Positions 52,196 to 64,000 of a stretch of DNA of 64,000 nucleotides are shown in pieces. The position numbers and the translations under genes were made by a program. The notes below the pieces were generated by a model. It saw only the letters and a program-made list of their open reading frames with translations. It did no database searches and had not been told where the DNA came from. Within the stretch, counting starts at the first letter, position 1, and each line of letters starts with the position of its first letter. This DNA comes from Leucoraja ocellata (Eukaryota): the NCBI GenBank assembly GCA_036785375.1, contig JAWMAR010000313.1:992001-1056000 (forward strand), read 5' to 3'.

Positions 52196-52523
52196 TTATT
52201 CATGTCCTCCAGAGATGCAGCCAGACCCGCTGAGTTACTCCAGCACTTTGTATCTGAAGGCCAGATGCCTGTCACCTGTTCCTCTTTACATCAGGCTTTG
52301 TTTAAACCAAAAGTACAGGGTGGCTGGCGTTCAGAGGATGTGACCTGCCGCTCCGTGAATCCAACTTTATTCATTGTTTGCACAGAAATAACTATGTCTA
52401 CTCTCATTCCTCCCAATATCCTTCAAGGCACCGCGAATGTGTACAGTGGAGATAATGTGGGCTATATAAGAGCTTCTTTACCTATGAGTTAAGTCATTCA
52501 AAATGAAAATTGTGCAAAATCAC

Positions 52524-52800
52524 GGGGCGGGTTCAGTGGCGCAGCTGGTAGAGCAACTGCCTCACTGCGCCAGAAACCCAGGTTCGATCCTGTCCTCTGG
52601 TTTTTCCTGTGTGGAGTCTGCACGTTCGCCCTGTGACCACGTGGGTTTCCTCCCAGTGCTCTGGTGTCCTCCCACATCCAAACGACGTGCAGGTTTTGTA
52701 CGTTAATTGTCCCTAGTGTGTAGGGAGTGGATGAGAAAGTGGGATAACAGGTGATTGATGCCTCAGTGGGCTGAGGGCCTGTTTCATGCTGTGTCTCTCA
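52524..52800 (+). mobile_element. HE1-like V-SINE
   Basis: GTGGCGCAGCTGGTAGAGC...GGTTCGATCC head and V-domain. Confidence 0.75.
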
Positions 52801-53385
52801 TCTAGACTATAATTAACTGGGAATACTGCGCAGCCTAGATTACTGTCTGTGGACAGAGAAATTGTTAACATTTCAGGTTAATAGCTCAGACGCATACAGT
52901 TCCCCTTTGTTTCATGGGGCTTTGTGTTTAGAACATACAGCACAGGAACACTTTGGTCCACAATGTTTGTGCCAAATGTGATGCCAAGTTAAACTGATCT
53001 CATCTACTTGTACATGATTCATATCCTTATGTTCCTCGTACTTCCTTCCACGTGTTATAATCTATCTAAAAGTCTCTTAAATCCCACTATCGTATCTGCC
53101 TCCACCACTATCCCTGGCAACGCGTTGCAGGCCCCGCTAAGCTCTGTGTATTAAAATAAAACTTCCCCGCACATCTCCATAAACCTCTCACCTTATCTCC
53201 AGCGATCGACATTCCACCTTGGGAACAAGGTTCTGACTGTCTACCCCTATCTATGCCTCAGAATTTTTTTTTACTGCCACCAAGTCTCCCCTCAACCTCC
53301 AACATTATCGATAAACCAATCCAAGTCCATTCAACCTGAATCCCTCAAATCCAGTTTCTCAATGTGTAATTGTTAAAGATCTGTA

Positions 53386-53665
53386 CTTTAGACTTTAGAG
53401 ATACAGCGCAGAAACAGCTCACTGAGTCCGCACCGACCAGCAATAACCTCCAGCACCATCCTACACACTAGCGACAATTTACTATTTTACCGAAGCCAAT
53501 TAACCCACAAACCTGTTTGTCTTTGGAGTGTGGGCGGAAACCGGAGCACCCGGAGAAAACCCACGCAGTCACAGGGAGAACATACAAACTCAGTACAGAC
53601 AGCACCTGTAGTCAGGATAGAACCTGGATCTGACCCTGTAAGGCAGCAACTCTACCATGCCGCCC
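53386..53665 (-). mobile_element. HE1-like V-SINE
   Basis: Reverse-complement V-domain and tail. Confidence 0.7.
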
Positions 53666-54350
53666 TTCTAAGAATTAATGATTCCTTACTGTATCTGCAA
53701 TATCTAGAATAAGGATCATTGTTAATATTTTAGTTTAGTTTGGAGAGATATAGAGTGTCCTGTTATAACTCGGAGTAAAGATCAGACATGTAGGTGCAAT
53801 GACAAGCTGGCTACAGTACAGCTGAGTTTCCATTTATTTATTACTTGCCCTAAGGGTGCGAGTAGTGAGGATGTACAAGGGTATAAAGATTGCACCTTCA
53901 GATGGAGATGAGGAGGAATTCCTTTAGCTAAAGGGTTGCAAATCTGTGGAATTCTTTGCCACAGACGGCGGTGGAGGCCAGGCCATTGGGTAATTTTAAA
54001 GCGGAGATTATAGGTTCTTGATTAGGAGGTGGCGTCAAGGGTTATGGGGATAAGACAGATGAATAGAGTTGAGATGGAAAAATAGATCAGCCATGATCAA
54101 ATGGCGGAGCAGGCTTGATGTGCAGGAAGGAACTGCAGATGCTAGACAAGAAGCTGGAGGAACTCAGCGGGTCTGTCAGCATCTCTAGAGAAAAGGACAG
54201 ATGATGTTTCGGGTCTGAAAAAGGATCGTGATGATGCTGTCTGACCCGCTGAGTTACTCCAGCTTGTGCCTATCTTCAGAGCAGAATTGATGGGCTGAGC
54301 AGCCTAATTCTGCACCCATGTCTTATGGTCTTATGTTCTTTGCCCCCTAG

Positions 54351-54401
54351 GTTGGACTCTTCACTGAAATTGGCCCCATGTCCTGCTTCATCTCCAGACA
54401 T
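54351..54401 (+). CDS. POLR2G: RPB7 exon 4
   Basis: ccctag|VGLFTEIGPMSCFISRH|gtaagt. Confidence 0.96.
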
Positions 54402-54588
54402 GTAAGTTTTTTTTCCCAAAGGTAAACCTTAATCGGAATTTATTGTTAAAAAATTGCAACACTTCAGATGTTATTAGCGTCTGTGCATTCATTAGTGCCA
54501 CACTCTGTAACGTTTGTATTAAATATCATTAAACAAAACCCTTGCAACTCATGCCCCCTTTCCCAACCCCACTCCCCCGGGGGGTGAT

Positions 54589-55230
54589 ATAGAAACATAG
54601 AAATTAGGTGCAGGAGTAGGCCATTCGGCCCTTCTAGCCTGCACCGCCATTTAATATGATCATGGCTGATCATCCAACTCAGTATCCCGTACCTGCATTC
54701 TCTCCATACCCTCTGATCCCCTTGGCCACAAAGGCCACATCTAACTCCCTCTTAAATACAGCCAATGAACTGACCTCAACTACCCTCTGTGGCAGAGAGT
54801 TCCAGAGATTCACCACTCTCTGTGTGAACAAAGTTCTTCTCATCTCGGTTTTAAAGGATTTCCCCCTTATCCTTAAGCTGTGACCCCTTGTCCTGGACTT
54901 CCCCAACATCGGGAACAATCTTCCTGCATCTAGCCTGTCCAACCCCTTAAGAATTTTGTAAGTTTCTATAAGATCCCCTCTCAATCTCCTAAATTCTAGA
55001 GAGTATAAACCAAGTCTATCCAGTCTTTCTTCATAAGACAGTCCTGACATCCCAGGAATCAGTCTGGTGAACCGTCTCTGCACTCCCTCTATGGCAATAA
55101 TGTCCTTCCTCAGATTTGGAGACCAAAACTGTACGCAATACTCCAGGTGTGGTCTCACCAAGACCCTGTACAACTGCAGTAGAACCTCCCTGCTCCTATA
55201 CTCAAATCCTTTTGCAATGAAAGCTAACAT
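54589..55230 (-). mobile_element. CR1 LINE 3' fragment, subfamily A (longest copy)
   Basis: ORF 54679-55398(-) MLAFIAKGFEYRSREVLLQLYRVLVRPHLEYCVQFWSPNLRKDI. Confidence 0.9.
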
Positions 55231-56321
55231 CGTCTCTGCACTCCCTCTATGGCAAGGATATCCCTTTCCTTGTTTGAGGCGTGTGTCCCCACCAGACTCT
55301 GTCCCCAATGTCCAGCAGCGGAAGGACCCAAGACTGTGGGCCTCCCCCCACAGAGCTTTGGCGTTGGCTGCACTGAACTTCAGCGAGTCCCTCAGCACAT
55401 ACTCCTGCAGTCTGGAGCGGGGCAGTCAGCAACATTCCCCGACTGGACATCTCTCTCTTCTGGGAGGCCAACATGATTCAGCCAGACCAAAGATAGTCTT
55501 TCACCTAGTTGATGACCGTCCAGCAGCACTTGATGCCCATCATCTTCAGACCCTTCTTCTCTCCAGAGATGCTACCCGACCCGCTGTTAACTACAGCATC
55601 TTCGGTTCAAACCAGCATCTGCAGTTCCTTCCTAAGTCTGAAGAAGGATCTCGACCCGAAACTTCTCTCCAGAGATGTTGAGTTACTCCAGCATTTTGTG
55701 TCTCCAAATGTGGCCCTGTTCTTTAGTGTCAGCTATGTGGTGCCAGGGGGCAGAGAACAAACAGCCTGTAAATCAGAGTCCTCACTTACGGATGAATCAA
55801 CATGTAAGTTGTAACTGGCGGGCACTTGAATACTGTTAACTGGTGAAGTTTCTAGACAAGTAAATCCAGTGTTTGTGAGTTCTTGTCCCATTATGGCAGC
55901 TGCGAGTTGACATTGTTTCATTACAAATGTATGGAAATTATATGCTGCTGTGACTAATAGTCACCACAGGGCCTTTGAATTGCCAAATAATATAACTCCC
56001 CCACTTCAGTCCTTTTGTGCGGTTGCTTGTACTGTTTGCCTTCTGACCAATTACTATGACAGTCACAATGAAAGAATCTGCTAATCCCACTCCCTCCTCT
56101 TAACCCCAGCAACTTTCCCCTGGCTGCAAGATTTCCTCCCACATTCCAAAGATGCACAGCGCTTTTTAGGTTAATTTGGCTTCGGTAAAAATTGTAAGCT
56201 GTCTCTAGCGTGTCGGCTCGTGCCAGTGTATGGGTTGGCGCGGACTCGGTGGACCAAAGGGCCTGTTTCCGCGCTGTATCTTTAAGCAGCACGGTGGCGC
56301 AGCGGTAGAGTTGCTGCCTAC

Positions 56322-56547
56322 TGCCCCTGTCCCACTTAGGAAACCTCTGGAGACTTTGCACCCCACCCAAGGTTTCCGTGCGGTTCCCGGAGGTTTTTGT
56401 CAGTCTCCCTACCTGCTTCCACGACCTACAGGTCGTGGAAGCAGGTAGGGAGACTGACAAAAACCTCAGGTAACCGCACGGAAACCTTGGGTGGGGCGCA
56501 AAGTCTCCAGAGGTTTCCGTTCAGGTTTCCTAAGTGGGACAGGGGCA
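56322..56547. mobile_element. MITE (PIF/Harbinger-like), copy 3, inserted into a V-SINE head (56285-56692)
   Basis: Almost fully palindromic; interrupts GTTGCTGCC(TTA)CAGCGCC. Confidence 0.8.
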
Positions 56548-56781
56548 TTACAGCGCCAGAGACCCGAGGTCGATCCTGACGACAGGTGCTGCCTGTACTG
56601 AGTTTGTACCTTCTCTCTGTGACCGCGTGGGTTTCCTCCGGGTGCTCCAGGTTCTTCCCACGCTCCAAAGACGTACAGATTTGTAGGTTATTTCACTTAT
56701 TTATGAACAACTAATGATGAACGCCAGAACCAAACGCAGTCAGTCGATGAGAAAAAATATGTACAAATCCAGAATCAACAA

Positions 56782-57098
56782 ATTCAGATTCAGATTCAGA
56801 TTCAATTTTAATTGTCATTGTCAGTGTACAGTACAGAGACAACAAAATGCATTTAGCATCTCCCTGGAAGAGCGACATAGCAAACGATTTGAATAAATAA
56901 TAATAAGTGTCCGGGGGGGGGGTGGTGATTGGCAGTCTCCGAGGTACGTTGTTGAGTAGAGAGACAGCCGCCGGAAAGAAGCTGTTCCTCGACCTGCTGG
57001 TTCGGCAACGGAGAGACCTGTAGCGCCTCCCGGATGGTAAACAGTCCGTGGTTGGGGTGAGAGCAGTCCTTGGCGATGCTGAGCGCCCTCCGCAGACA
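56782..57098 (-). mobile_element. Rex1/Babar-like LINE 3' end
   Basis: LPSGRRYRSLRCRTSRSRNSFFPAAVSLLN; (gaatct)n tail. Confidence 0.75.
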
Positions 57099-57626
57099 AC
57101 TAAACATTTACCCCCTGGGTAGGCGAAATTTAACCCCATGGGGTAAATTGACCCCAGATTGTGAACCCGTGCCCGGGTGTGTGTAGCACAGTGCTTGTGT
57201 ACGGGGTGATCGATGGTCGGCGTGGAATTGGTGATTCTGATTCTGCGCTGTATTTCTAAACTAAACTAAATTGGCTAAACCTCCGTAACCAAGAGAAGAA
57301 TGAAGGGAATTTTTTTATTTTCAACTTGTGGAACTGTTGGCTACAACAGACACAGAAGAGAGCTCTCTTGCGAGGATGTGTGGGCGGTGGAGCCAATGCC
57401 AGAGTACATAACTGAAAGAGAACGCCTAACAAATCCCCTGAGGCATTCGAGGAAAGGCTATACTCAGAGGCTGTTGTGGCATGTGGAACTCTCTCTCCCA
57501 AGGTTGGTTGACTTAAAGAGCAGGCTACAAATTCTGCACAGAGTCTTCGCCCAGGCATTAGTAACACTCCCCTCCCCCCCCCCCCCCCCAACCACCAAAC
57601 TAAGTTTAGTTGACACAAAAGGAAAT

Positions 57627-57910
57627 GGTGGCGCAGCGATAGTCGCAGCCTCACAGCGCCAGACCTGGGTTCGATCCTGACCGCGGGTGCTCGTCTCTAC
57701 AAAGTTTGTACGTTCACCCGTCACCTGTGTGGGTTTTCTCCGGGTGCTCCGGTTTACTCCCACACGCCAAAGACATACACGCTTGTAGGTTCATCGGCTT
57801 GGTATAATTGTACATCGTCCCTAGTGTGTGTGTGTGTAGGATAGTGTTAGTGTTCAGGGATCGCTGGTGGGACGAACGGCATGTTTTCAGCGCTGTATCT
57901 CTAAACTAAA
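57627..57910 (+). mobile_element. HE1-like V-SINE
   Basis: tRNA head, V-domain and (ctaaa) tail. Confidence 0.7.
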
Positions 57911-58356
57911 AACCAAAACAAAGGGATACATTTTAAAAAAAGAATTGTAAGGAAATACACAAGAGAGAAATAACGGGTGTGGGACAATATTTTGTGTAGT
58001 GTAATCAAGTTGGCCTCTTGGCATGGCATCTGCTGTTATCTAGCAAATCTATTTCTATAAAAGTGGCATAACCTTACTTTAAACCTTAGAGATACAGAGT
58101 GGAAATCATTATTGGTATCATTTAAAAATAAATTGGATAGGCATATGGATGAGAAGGGAATGGAGGGTTATGGTATGAGTGCAGGCAGGTGGGACTAAAG
58201 GGGAAAAAAAGTTGTTCGGCATGGACTTGTAGGGCCGAGATGGCCTGTTTCCGTGCTGTAATTGTTATATGGTTATATGGAAACATGCCCTTCAGCCCAC
58301 CGGGCCTGTACTGACCATACTTGCACTATCCTACACACTAGGGACCATTACAATTC

Positions 58357-59300
58357 ATACTTACTTACTTGTAACATGTCGGGCAGCAACGAAGGTCCTC
58401 CACTCAGTAGTGTTGATTCCTTCAGTTGCTGTTTCCGTAACATATTTGTTTTACGAGACAGGGTTGTTAGCCCTGTGCTCAACCTCCAACCTGGAGGACC
58501 AGTGGATCGCTCTTCGTCTCGCCTCTACCCTCCGACCTGTCCAGCATGGGAGACCCTAACAGGAGATTAATCTCCCGCTGGCAGAGCTCTAGGGGTCACT
58601 GAGACACACAAGCTCCCGACCACGACAAGGTTGCAATCCAATTCAATTCAATTCAACTTTAATGTCATCGCACAAATACAAGTATCAGTACAACGAAATG
58701 CAGTTTTGCGTCAGTCCGTAGTAGTTGTACATAAAGAAAAACAAAAAAAATAGAATGAGGGAAGATACAGAATAATCAGGAAATACAGGATGATTAAACA
58801 AAGGGGACGGAGGGACCGGAGAAATCTATCGTCGGGACTCCGAGTTCAGCAATGTGATTGTGTTGTTGTAGAAGCTTTTCCTCATCCTACTAGTACGTGA
58901 CCTGAGGCTCCTGTACCGCCTCCCTGATGGGAGGAGGGCAAACAGTCCATGGTTGGGGTGTGAGGGGTCTTTGATGATCTTCCCGGCCCGTCTCGGACAC
59001 CGTTTTCGGGTGGAGGGCATCCATGGCAGGGAGCGGGGCACCAATGATGTGCTGCGCGGTTTTCACCATCCGTTGTAGTGCCTTCCTGTCCGCAGCAGTG
59101 CAGCTGCTGTACCATACCGTGAAGCAGGTGGTCAGGATACTCTCTATGGTACAGCGGTAAAAGTTGGTCAGGATCTGGGGGGACAGGTGGGCTTTCTTGA
59201 GCCTCCTCAGGAAGTAAAGGCGCTGCTGTGCCTTTTTGATCAGCTTGGAGGTGTTGAGGGACCAATTGCAACCACAAAGGTTGCAATCCAACAGGGAGAT
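58357..59300 (-). mobile_element. Bipartite non-autonomous RTE-type element, interrupted by a Rex1-like LINE
   Basis: Minus strand CCTTGTCGTGG...TAGGGTCTCCCATG...CTGGTCCTCCAGGTTGG resembles RTE 5' UTRs; (gtaa)n tail; TSD TTACAATTC at 58348-58356 and 59301-59309. Confidence 0.55.
58642..59276 (-). mobile_element. Rex1/Babar-like LINE 3' fragment with 15-bp TSD
   Basis: KKAQQRLYFLRRLKKAHLSPQILTNFYRCTIESILT; AAGGTTGCAATCCAA at 58627-58641 and 59277-59291. Confidence 0.85.
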
Positions 59301-59640
59301 TTACAATTCTCCCAAAACCAAATAACCTACTAACCCGCACTTTTGGGAGTGTTTCCTCCCACACTCCAAAAACATACTGGTTTATAGGTTAATTGGCTTG
59401 GTGTAAATGTAAAATTGTCCCAAGTGTGTGTGTGTGTGTGTGTATATAGGTTAGTGTTAATGTGCGGGGATAGCTCGTCGGTGCGGAATCAGTGGCCTGT
59501 TTCCGCGCTGCATCTCTGAACCAAACTAAAAAAAATTTTTAAACTGAATCGAGATTTAAGGTCCTGAAAGCCTGCATCTTTGGCGGGCCATAAAATTGAT
59601 TTGAGTCTGTGAGTGTTTAATCTTTGTGTTTCTTTCCCAG

Positions 59641-59706
59641 TCTATCCCATCAGAAATGGAATTTGATCCCAATTCCAACCCTCCCTGCTACAAGACCAGC
59701 GATGAG
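59641..59706 (+). CDS. POLR2G: RPB7 exon 5
   Basis: ttcccag|[22 protein letters not shown]|gtacgg. Confidence 0.96.
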
Positions 59707-60344
59707 GTACGGTGAATGGATTTACTGAATAAACCCTTATGCTCACAACCTCAGTTGCTCCAGCAAAATATAAAGTGCTGGAGCAACTCAACGGGCCGGA
59801 CAGTATCTGTGGAGGGAATGAACAGGCAATGTTTCTGGTCGGGACCCCTTCTTTAGAGTCCCTACGTGCCTGAAGAAGGGTCCCGACCCAAAGTGTCATC
59901 TGCCCATTTCCCTCCCTTCGGCCCGAAACGTTGCCTATTTCCCTCGATCCATAGATGCTGCTGCACCCGCGAGTTTCTCCAGCATTTTTGTCTGCCGTCT
60001 GATTTTGAGTGTTCTGTTTTTTAAATTTCTGATTCCTGCCGTTCCATTTGATTATTTCTCATTCACTTCTGCCGATGGTTGCTAGAGTGGTGACCATAAT
60101 CTCTCCAGAACGGCCCCCTTATGTCCTATTTAAACAGTTAAATTTGACTATGAATAAACCCACGACCACCGCAAGTACCTGCTTTCGAGCCTGGTGAGGT
60201 TCTGGATTGCTTTGTCGGGCGGTACATTGCTGAAGTTTCTCTACGTGCCTCCAAGGTGCACCTTGAGTTTAGTTTAGAGATACAGCGCGGAAACAGGCCC
60301 TACGGACCACCTCGTCTGAATCAACAGCAATCCCCGTACACTAC

Positions 60345-60843
60345 CATATAACCATATAACAATTACAGCACGGAAACAGGCCATCTCGGCCCTACAAGTC
60401 CGTGCCGACACAACTTTTTTTCCCTCAGTCCCACCTGCCTGCACTCATACCATAACCCTCCATTCCCTTCTCATCCATATGCCTATCCAATTTATTTTTA
60501 AATACCAACGAACCTGCCTCCACCACTTCCACTGGAAGCTCATTCCACGCCGCTACCACTCTCTGAGTAAAGAAGTTCCCCCTCATATTACCCCTAAACT
60601 TCTGTCCCTTAATTCTGAAGTCATGTCCTCTTGTTTGAATCTTCCCTATTCTCAAAGGGAAAAGCTTGTCCACGTCAACTCTGTCTATCCCTCTCATCAT
60701 TTTAAAGACCTCTATCAAGTCCCCCTTACCTTCTGCGCTCCAGAGAATAAAGACCTAACTTATTCAACCTATCTCTGTAACTTAGTTGTTGAAACCCAGG
60801 CAACATTCTAGTAAATCTCCTCTGTACTCTCTCTATTTTGTTG
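60345..60843 (-). mobile_element. CR1 LINE 3' fragment, subfamily B
   Basis: ORF 60425-60718(-). Confidence 0.85.
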
Positions 60844-61025
60844 CTAGCTCTATCCTACACACTAGGCACAATTTACAATGAACCAACAACATGCTCCTCT
60901 AGTGCCATCCAGGTTTTGTTGAATTTTATAGGAAGCAATATTAAGGAATTTTTCATCCAATTTCATCCTTAGAAGTCATATAGCATGGAAACAGCTTGCC
61001 CATACGGGCCAACATTTTAATTTAT

Positions 61026-61497
61026 TCAATTGCCATAGAGGGAGTGCAGAGACGGTTCACCAGACTGATTCCTGGGATGTCAGGACTGTCTTATGAAGAA
61101 AGACTGGATAGACTTGTTTATACTCTCTAGAATTTAGAAGATTGAGAGGGGATCTTGTAGAAACTTACAAAATTCTTAAGGGGTTGGACAGGCTAGATGC
61201 AGGCAGATTGTTCCCGATGTTGGGGAAGTCCAGGACAAGGGGTCACAGCTTAAGGATAAGGGGGAAATCCTTTAAACCGAGATGCGAAGAACTTTTTTCA
61301 CACAGAGAGTGGTGAATCTCTGGAACTCTCTGCCACAGAGGGTAGTTGAGGCCAGTTCATTGGCTATATTTAAGAGGGAGTAGATGTGGCTAAGGGGATC
61401 AGGGGGTATGGAGAGAAAGCAGGTACGGGATACTGAGTTACTACTCGAAGGGCCGAATGGCCTACTCCTGCACCTAATTTCTATGTCTATGTTTCTA
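61026..61497 (+). mobile_element. CR1 LINE 3' fragment, subfamily A
   Basis: Near-identical to the other A copies, but with several 1-nt homopolymer contractions. Confidence 0.85.
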
Positions 61498-61691
61498 ACA
61501 TGCCTAATCCACACTAGCCCCATCGACACTGGTCCCCACCCGTCTGCGTTTGGCCCATATCTCTCGAAACCCCATCCTACCATGTACAGATTCAGATTCA
61601 GATTCAATCTTTATTGTCATTGTTCAGCGTACAGCACAGAGACAACGAAATGCAGTTAGCGTCTCACCCAGAAGAGCAAACTTAGAATAAT

Positions 61692-61878
61692 AGGGAGACA
61701 AAAATGCTGGAGAAACTCAGCGGGTGCAGCAGCATCTATGGAGCGAAGGAAATAGGCAACGTTTCGGGACGAAACGTTGCCTATTTCCTTCGCTCCATAG
61801 ATGCTGCTGCACCCGCTGAGTTTCTCCAGCATTTTTGTGTACCTTCGATTTCCAGCATCTGCAGTTCCTTCTTGAACA
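61692..61878 (+). mobile_element. Penelope-derived fold-back mini-element with 9-bp TSD
   Basis: Arms about 61698-61837; TAGAATAAT at 61683-61691 and 61879-61887. Confidence 0.75.
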
Positions 61879-62179
61879 TAGAATAATGTTTGTTTCTCAA
61901 ACGTTGGACTTTCTGCCCTTGGACCTTCCCCTGATTGTATATCAAGATCTTGCATCAAATCCTTGGACCCAGTGATCTCTCGGGCAGGGATTATCCCCCT
62001 TTAGGGTCCAATTTCCTCTCCTCTGGCCCAGGACCTCCTCACTAGTTTCCTGCCTCCACCGGATTACATATACACAGAGTAGCCTGTCCTTTTCTGATGG
62101 TGCTTTTTGTATGTCTGTAAAGGTTGTAAGCTGGGTTTAGCATCAAGACCTTTCTAACTGTCTGGGACTTTTATTCCAG

Positions 62180-62251
62180 GACATCGTCATCCAGCAAGAT
62201 GATGAAATTCGACTGAAAGTTGTCGGAACCAGAGTGGATAAAAACGACATT
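62180..62251 (+). CDS. POLR2G: RPB7 exon 6
   Basis: ttccag|[24 protein letters not shown]|gtgagt. Confidence 0.96.
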
Positions 62252-62661
62252 GTGAGTATACAGACCTATGTTTTGTATACTTCTCCCCATATCCCCTGAC
62301 TCCGCTATCTTTACGAGCTCTATCTAATTCCCTCTTGAAAGCATCCAGAGAACCGGCCTCCACCGCCTTCTTTTGTAGGTTAATTGACTCGGTATAAATG
62401 GAAAATTATCAGCATTGTCAAATTGTCCTAGTTTGTGCAGGCGAGAAGGCAGGAACGGGGCACTGAATGTGGATGATCAGCCCATGTTCACAGTGAATGG
62501 TGGTGCTGGCTCGAAGGGCCGAATGGCCTCTACCCTGCACCTATTGTCTATTGAAACCAATATCTCATGTGTGGGGATCGCTAGCCGGTGTGGACCCGGT
62601 GGGCAGAAGGGCCTGTTTACGCTCTGTATCTCTAAACTAAATGGTGCTTTCTTTCTTGCAG

Positions 62662-62695
62662 TTTGCCATTGGCTCTCTGATGGATGACTTCCTCG
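62662..62695 (+). CDS. POLR2G: RPB7 exon 7
   Basis: ttgcag|FAIGSLMDDFL-G|gtaagt. Confidence 0.94.
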
Positions 62696-63324
62696 GTAAG
62701 TACAACTGCTGCCATGCTGCGAGTACATCTGATTTAGTTGATAGAAGCCTCCACTTGCTCTGGATGTACAATAAGATGCCGAGACTACACCCACAGGCGT
62801 GCCATGGCCCTCACTGTGCCAAGAGTAACTCCTGGTACCGTGGGTGAAAGGGCTGGCTGGGATAGTTATGGTGGACAGGCTAAGTAAGGGTGTAACGCTG
62901 AGGCTTTGTCAGGTGGTGGTGACACCACGTGTGGAATACAGTCAACCCTCACTAGAACGGAGCACGTGGGGGGGGGGGGGGGGGTAAATATTGTGTAGGA
63001 AGGAACTGCAGATGCTTATTTAAACCGAAGATAAACACAAACTGCTGGAGTAAGCCAGTGGGACAGGCAGCATCTCTGGAGAGAAGGAATGGGTGACGTT
63101 TTGGTTCGAGACCCTTCTTCAAGGGAGAGGGAGATACATAAACAAGGAAGTGTAAGGTGTGAAAACAGGACAAGGAAAACGTTCCTGGGATCGTTCTTGT
63201 GAACCTCCCCTGGACCCTCTCCAGAGCCGGCACATCCTTCCTCAGGTACGGTGCATAAAACTGCTCGCAATATTCCAAACGCGGCCCGCCCAGCGCCTTG
63301 TAGAGCCTCAGCATTACATCCCTG

Positions 63325-63569
63325 TGTTCGAGCTCGCTCGCTCGAATAAACGCTTGTAGTGCGTGGGTCTCAAAATGAGGCAAGTAGTCTTGAAGTTTGA
63401 GAAGCACTTTACTTTAATTCTTCCCTGGTTCAGGGGAAGACGAAACCAGGGAAGATGGCACCCAAACCCTGCCTTTTATACCCTCCGGCTAAGGACCGCC
63501 TCCGGACTGCGCCACTCCTGTGCCGAGGGGTTCGGCAGTATAATGGCACGACCCTTAGGAGCCGCCACA
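63325..63569 (-). mobile_element. Probable solo LTR
   Basis: TG...CA termini; on the minus strand GTATAAAAGG (TATA) lies upstream of ATTAAA; abuts a CR1 fragment; no clear TSD. Confidence 0.45.
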
Positions 63570-63674
63570 CGCTAGCATTTACTGTGCATCCACTGAATGT
63601 TATAGAATATATGGACCAGATCTCACCCGCTTAATGGTTAAACACCCCATCATTGTCTCTCTCTCTCTCTGCAG

Positions 63675-63688
63675 GACTTGTGAGCTAA
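63675..63688 (+). CDS. POLR2G: RPB7 exon 8 (last coding exon)
   Basis: (ct)n gcag|GA CTT GTG AGC TAA = (G)LVS*. Confidence 0.92.
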
Positions 63689-64000
63689 AGCTACTGCCAC
63701 AGTGGAGCCGCTGGAGGGGGGGGGGGGGGGGAGTGGATACAGACTGAAGACGACCGCTCGCCTTCCCCAGTGCAATGTCTTCACGCCACCTCTCCCGGAC
63801 CCGCTCAATGTCAACACGCCTGCTCTGTGGGTGCCGACCTGTTCGTTGGAGCCACGATGTCCTCTTCCTTGGATTAGCCACGGTGATCCTTCTCGGCCCA
63901 GAGGCAGGCGTTAGTGGTTCAACACACAGAGAGAGAGAGGGGGGCTTCACTGGAGTGACTCTGCTCCTCCTCCCAGAGCAGCAGCTTGATCCTGTTTGTA

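Noticed and set aside
52524-52595. tRNA genes (also near 2830, 37460, 56285 and 57627)
   Set aside because: These are tRNA-derived heads of V-SINEs, continuous with the V-domain and tail, and lack a complete cloverleaf.
54679-55398. 239-aa ORF and similar 60-170 aa ORFs as host genes
   Set aside because: They are CR1, Rex1 or L2 ORF2 C-terminal fragments, or chance ORFs across repeats.

Overview
Eukaryotic, repeat-rich vertebrate DNA, most likely a cartilaginous fish (skate/ray), judging by HE1-like V-SINEs, CR1/HER1-like LINEs and Penelope remnants. Two + strand spliced genes are supported. (1) AHNAK (AHNAK1): a candidate 5' non-coding exon (7772-7878), two PDZ-domain exons (10487-10640, 12524-12714) and one giant terminal exon (CDS 14169-35657), together about 7277 aa. 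Its central region is a hierarchically organised coding tandem repeat. (2) POLR2G/RPB7: 8 coding exons from 46663 to 63688 behind a CpG island. Exon 3 carries three 1-nt homopolymer indels that are probably assembly errors. The rest is nested transposon debris: CR1, Rex1/Babar-like, L2, RTE/RTEX-like, V-SINE, Penelope-derived hairpins with minimal hammerhead ribozyme cores, Harbinger- and hAT-like MITEs, a Helitron and a probable solo LTR. I see no convincing wholly new biological system. The best leads are the hammerhead-centred fold-back Penelope mini-elements, the higher-order repeat architecture of AHNAK, and a possible divergent transcript from the POLR2G promoter. TE family names come from remembered motifs, not database searches, and TE boundaries are approximate.
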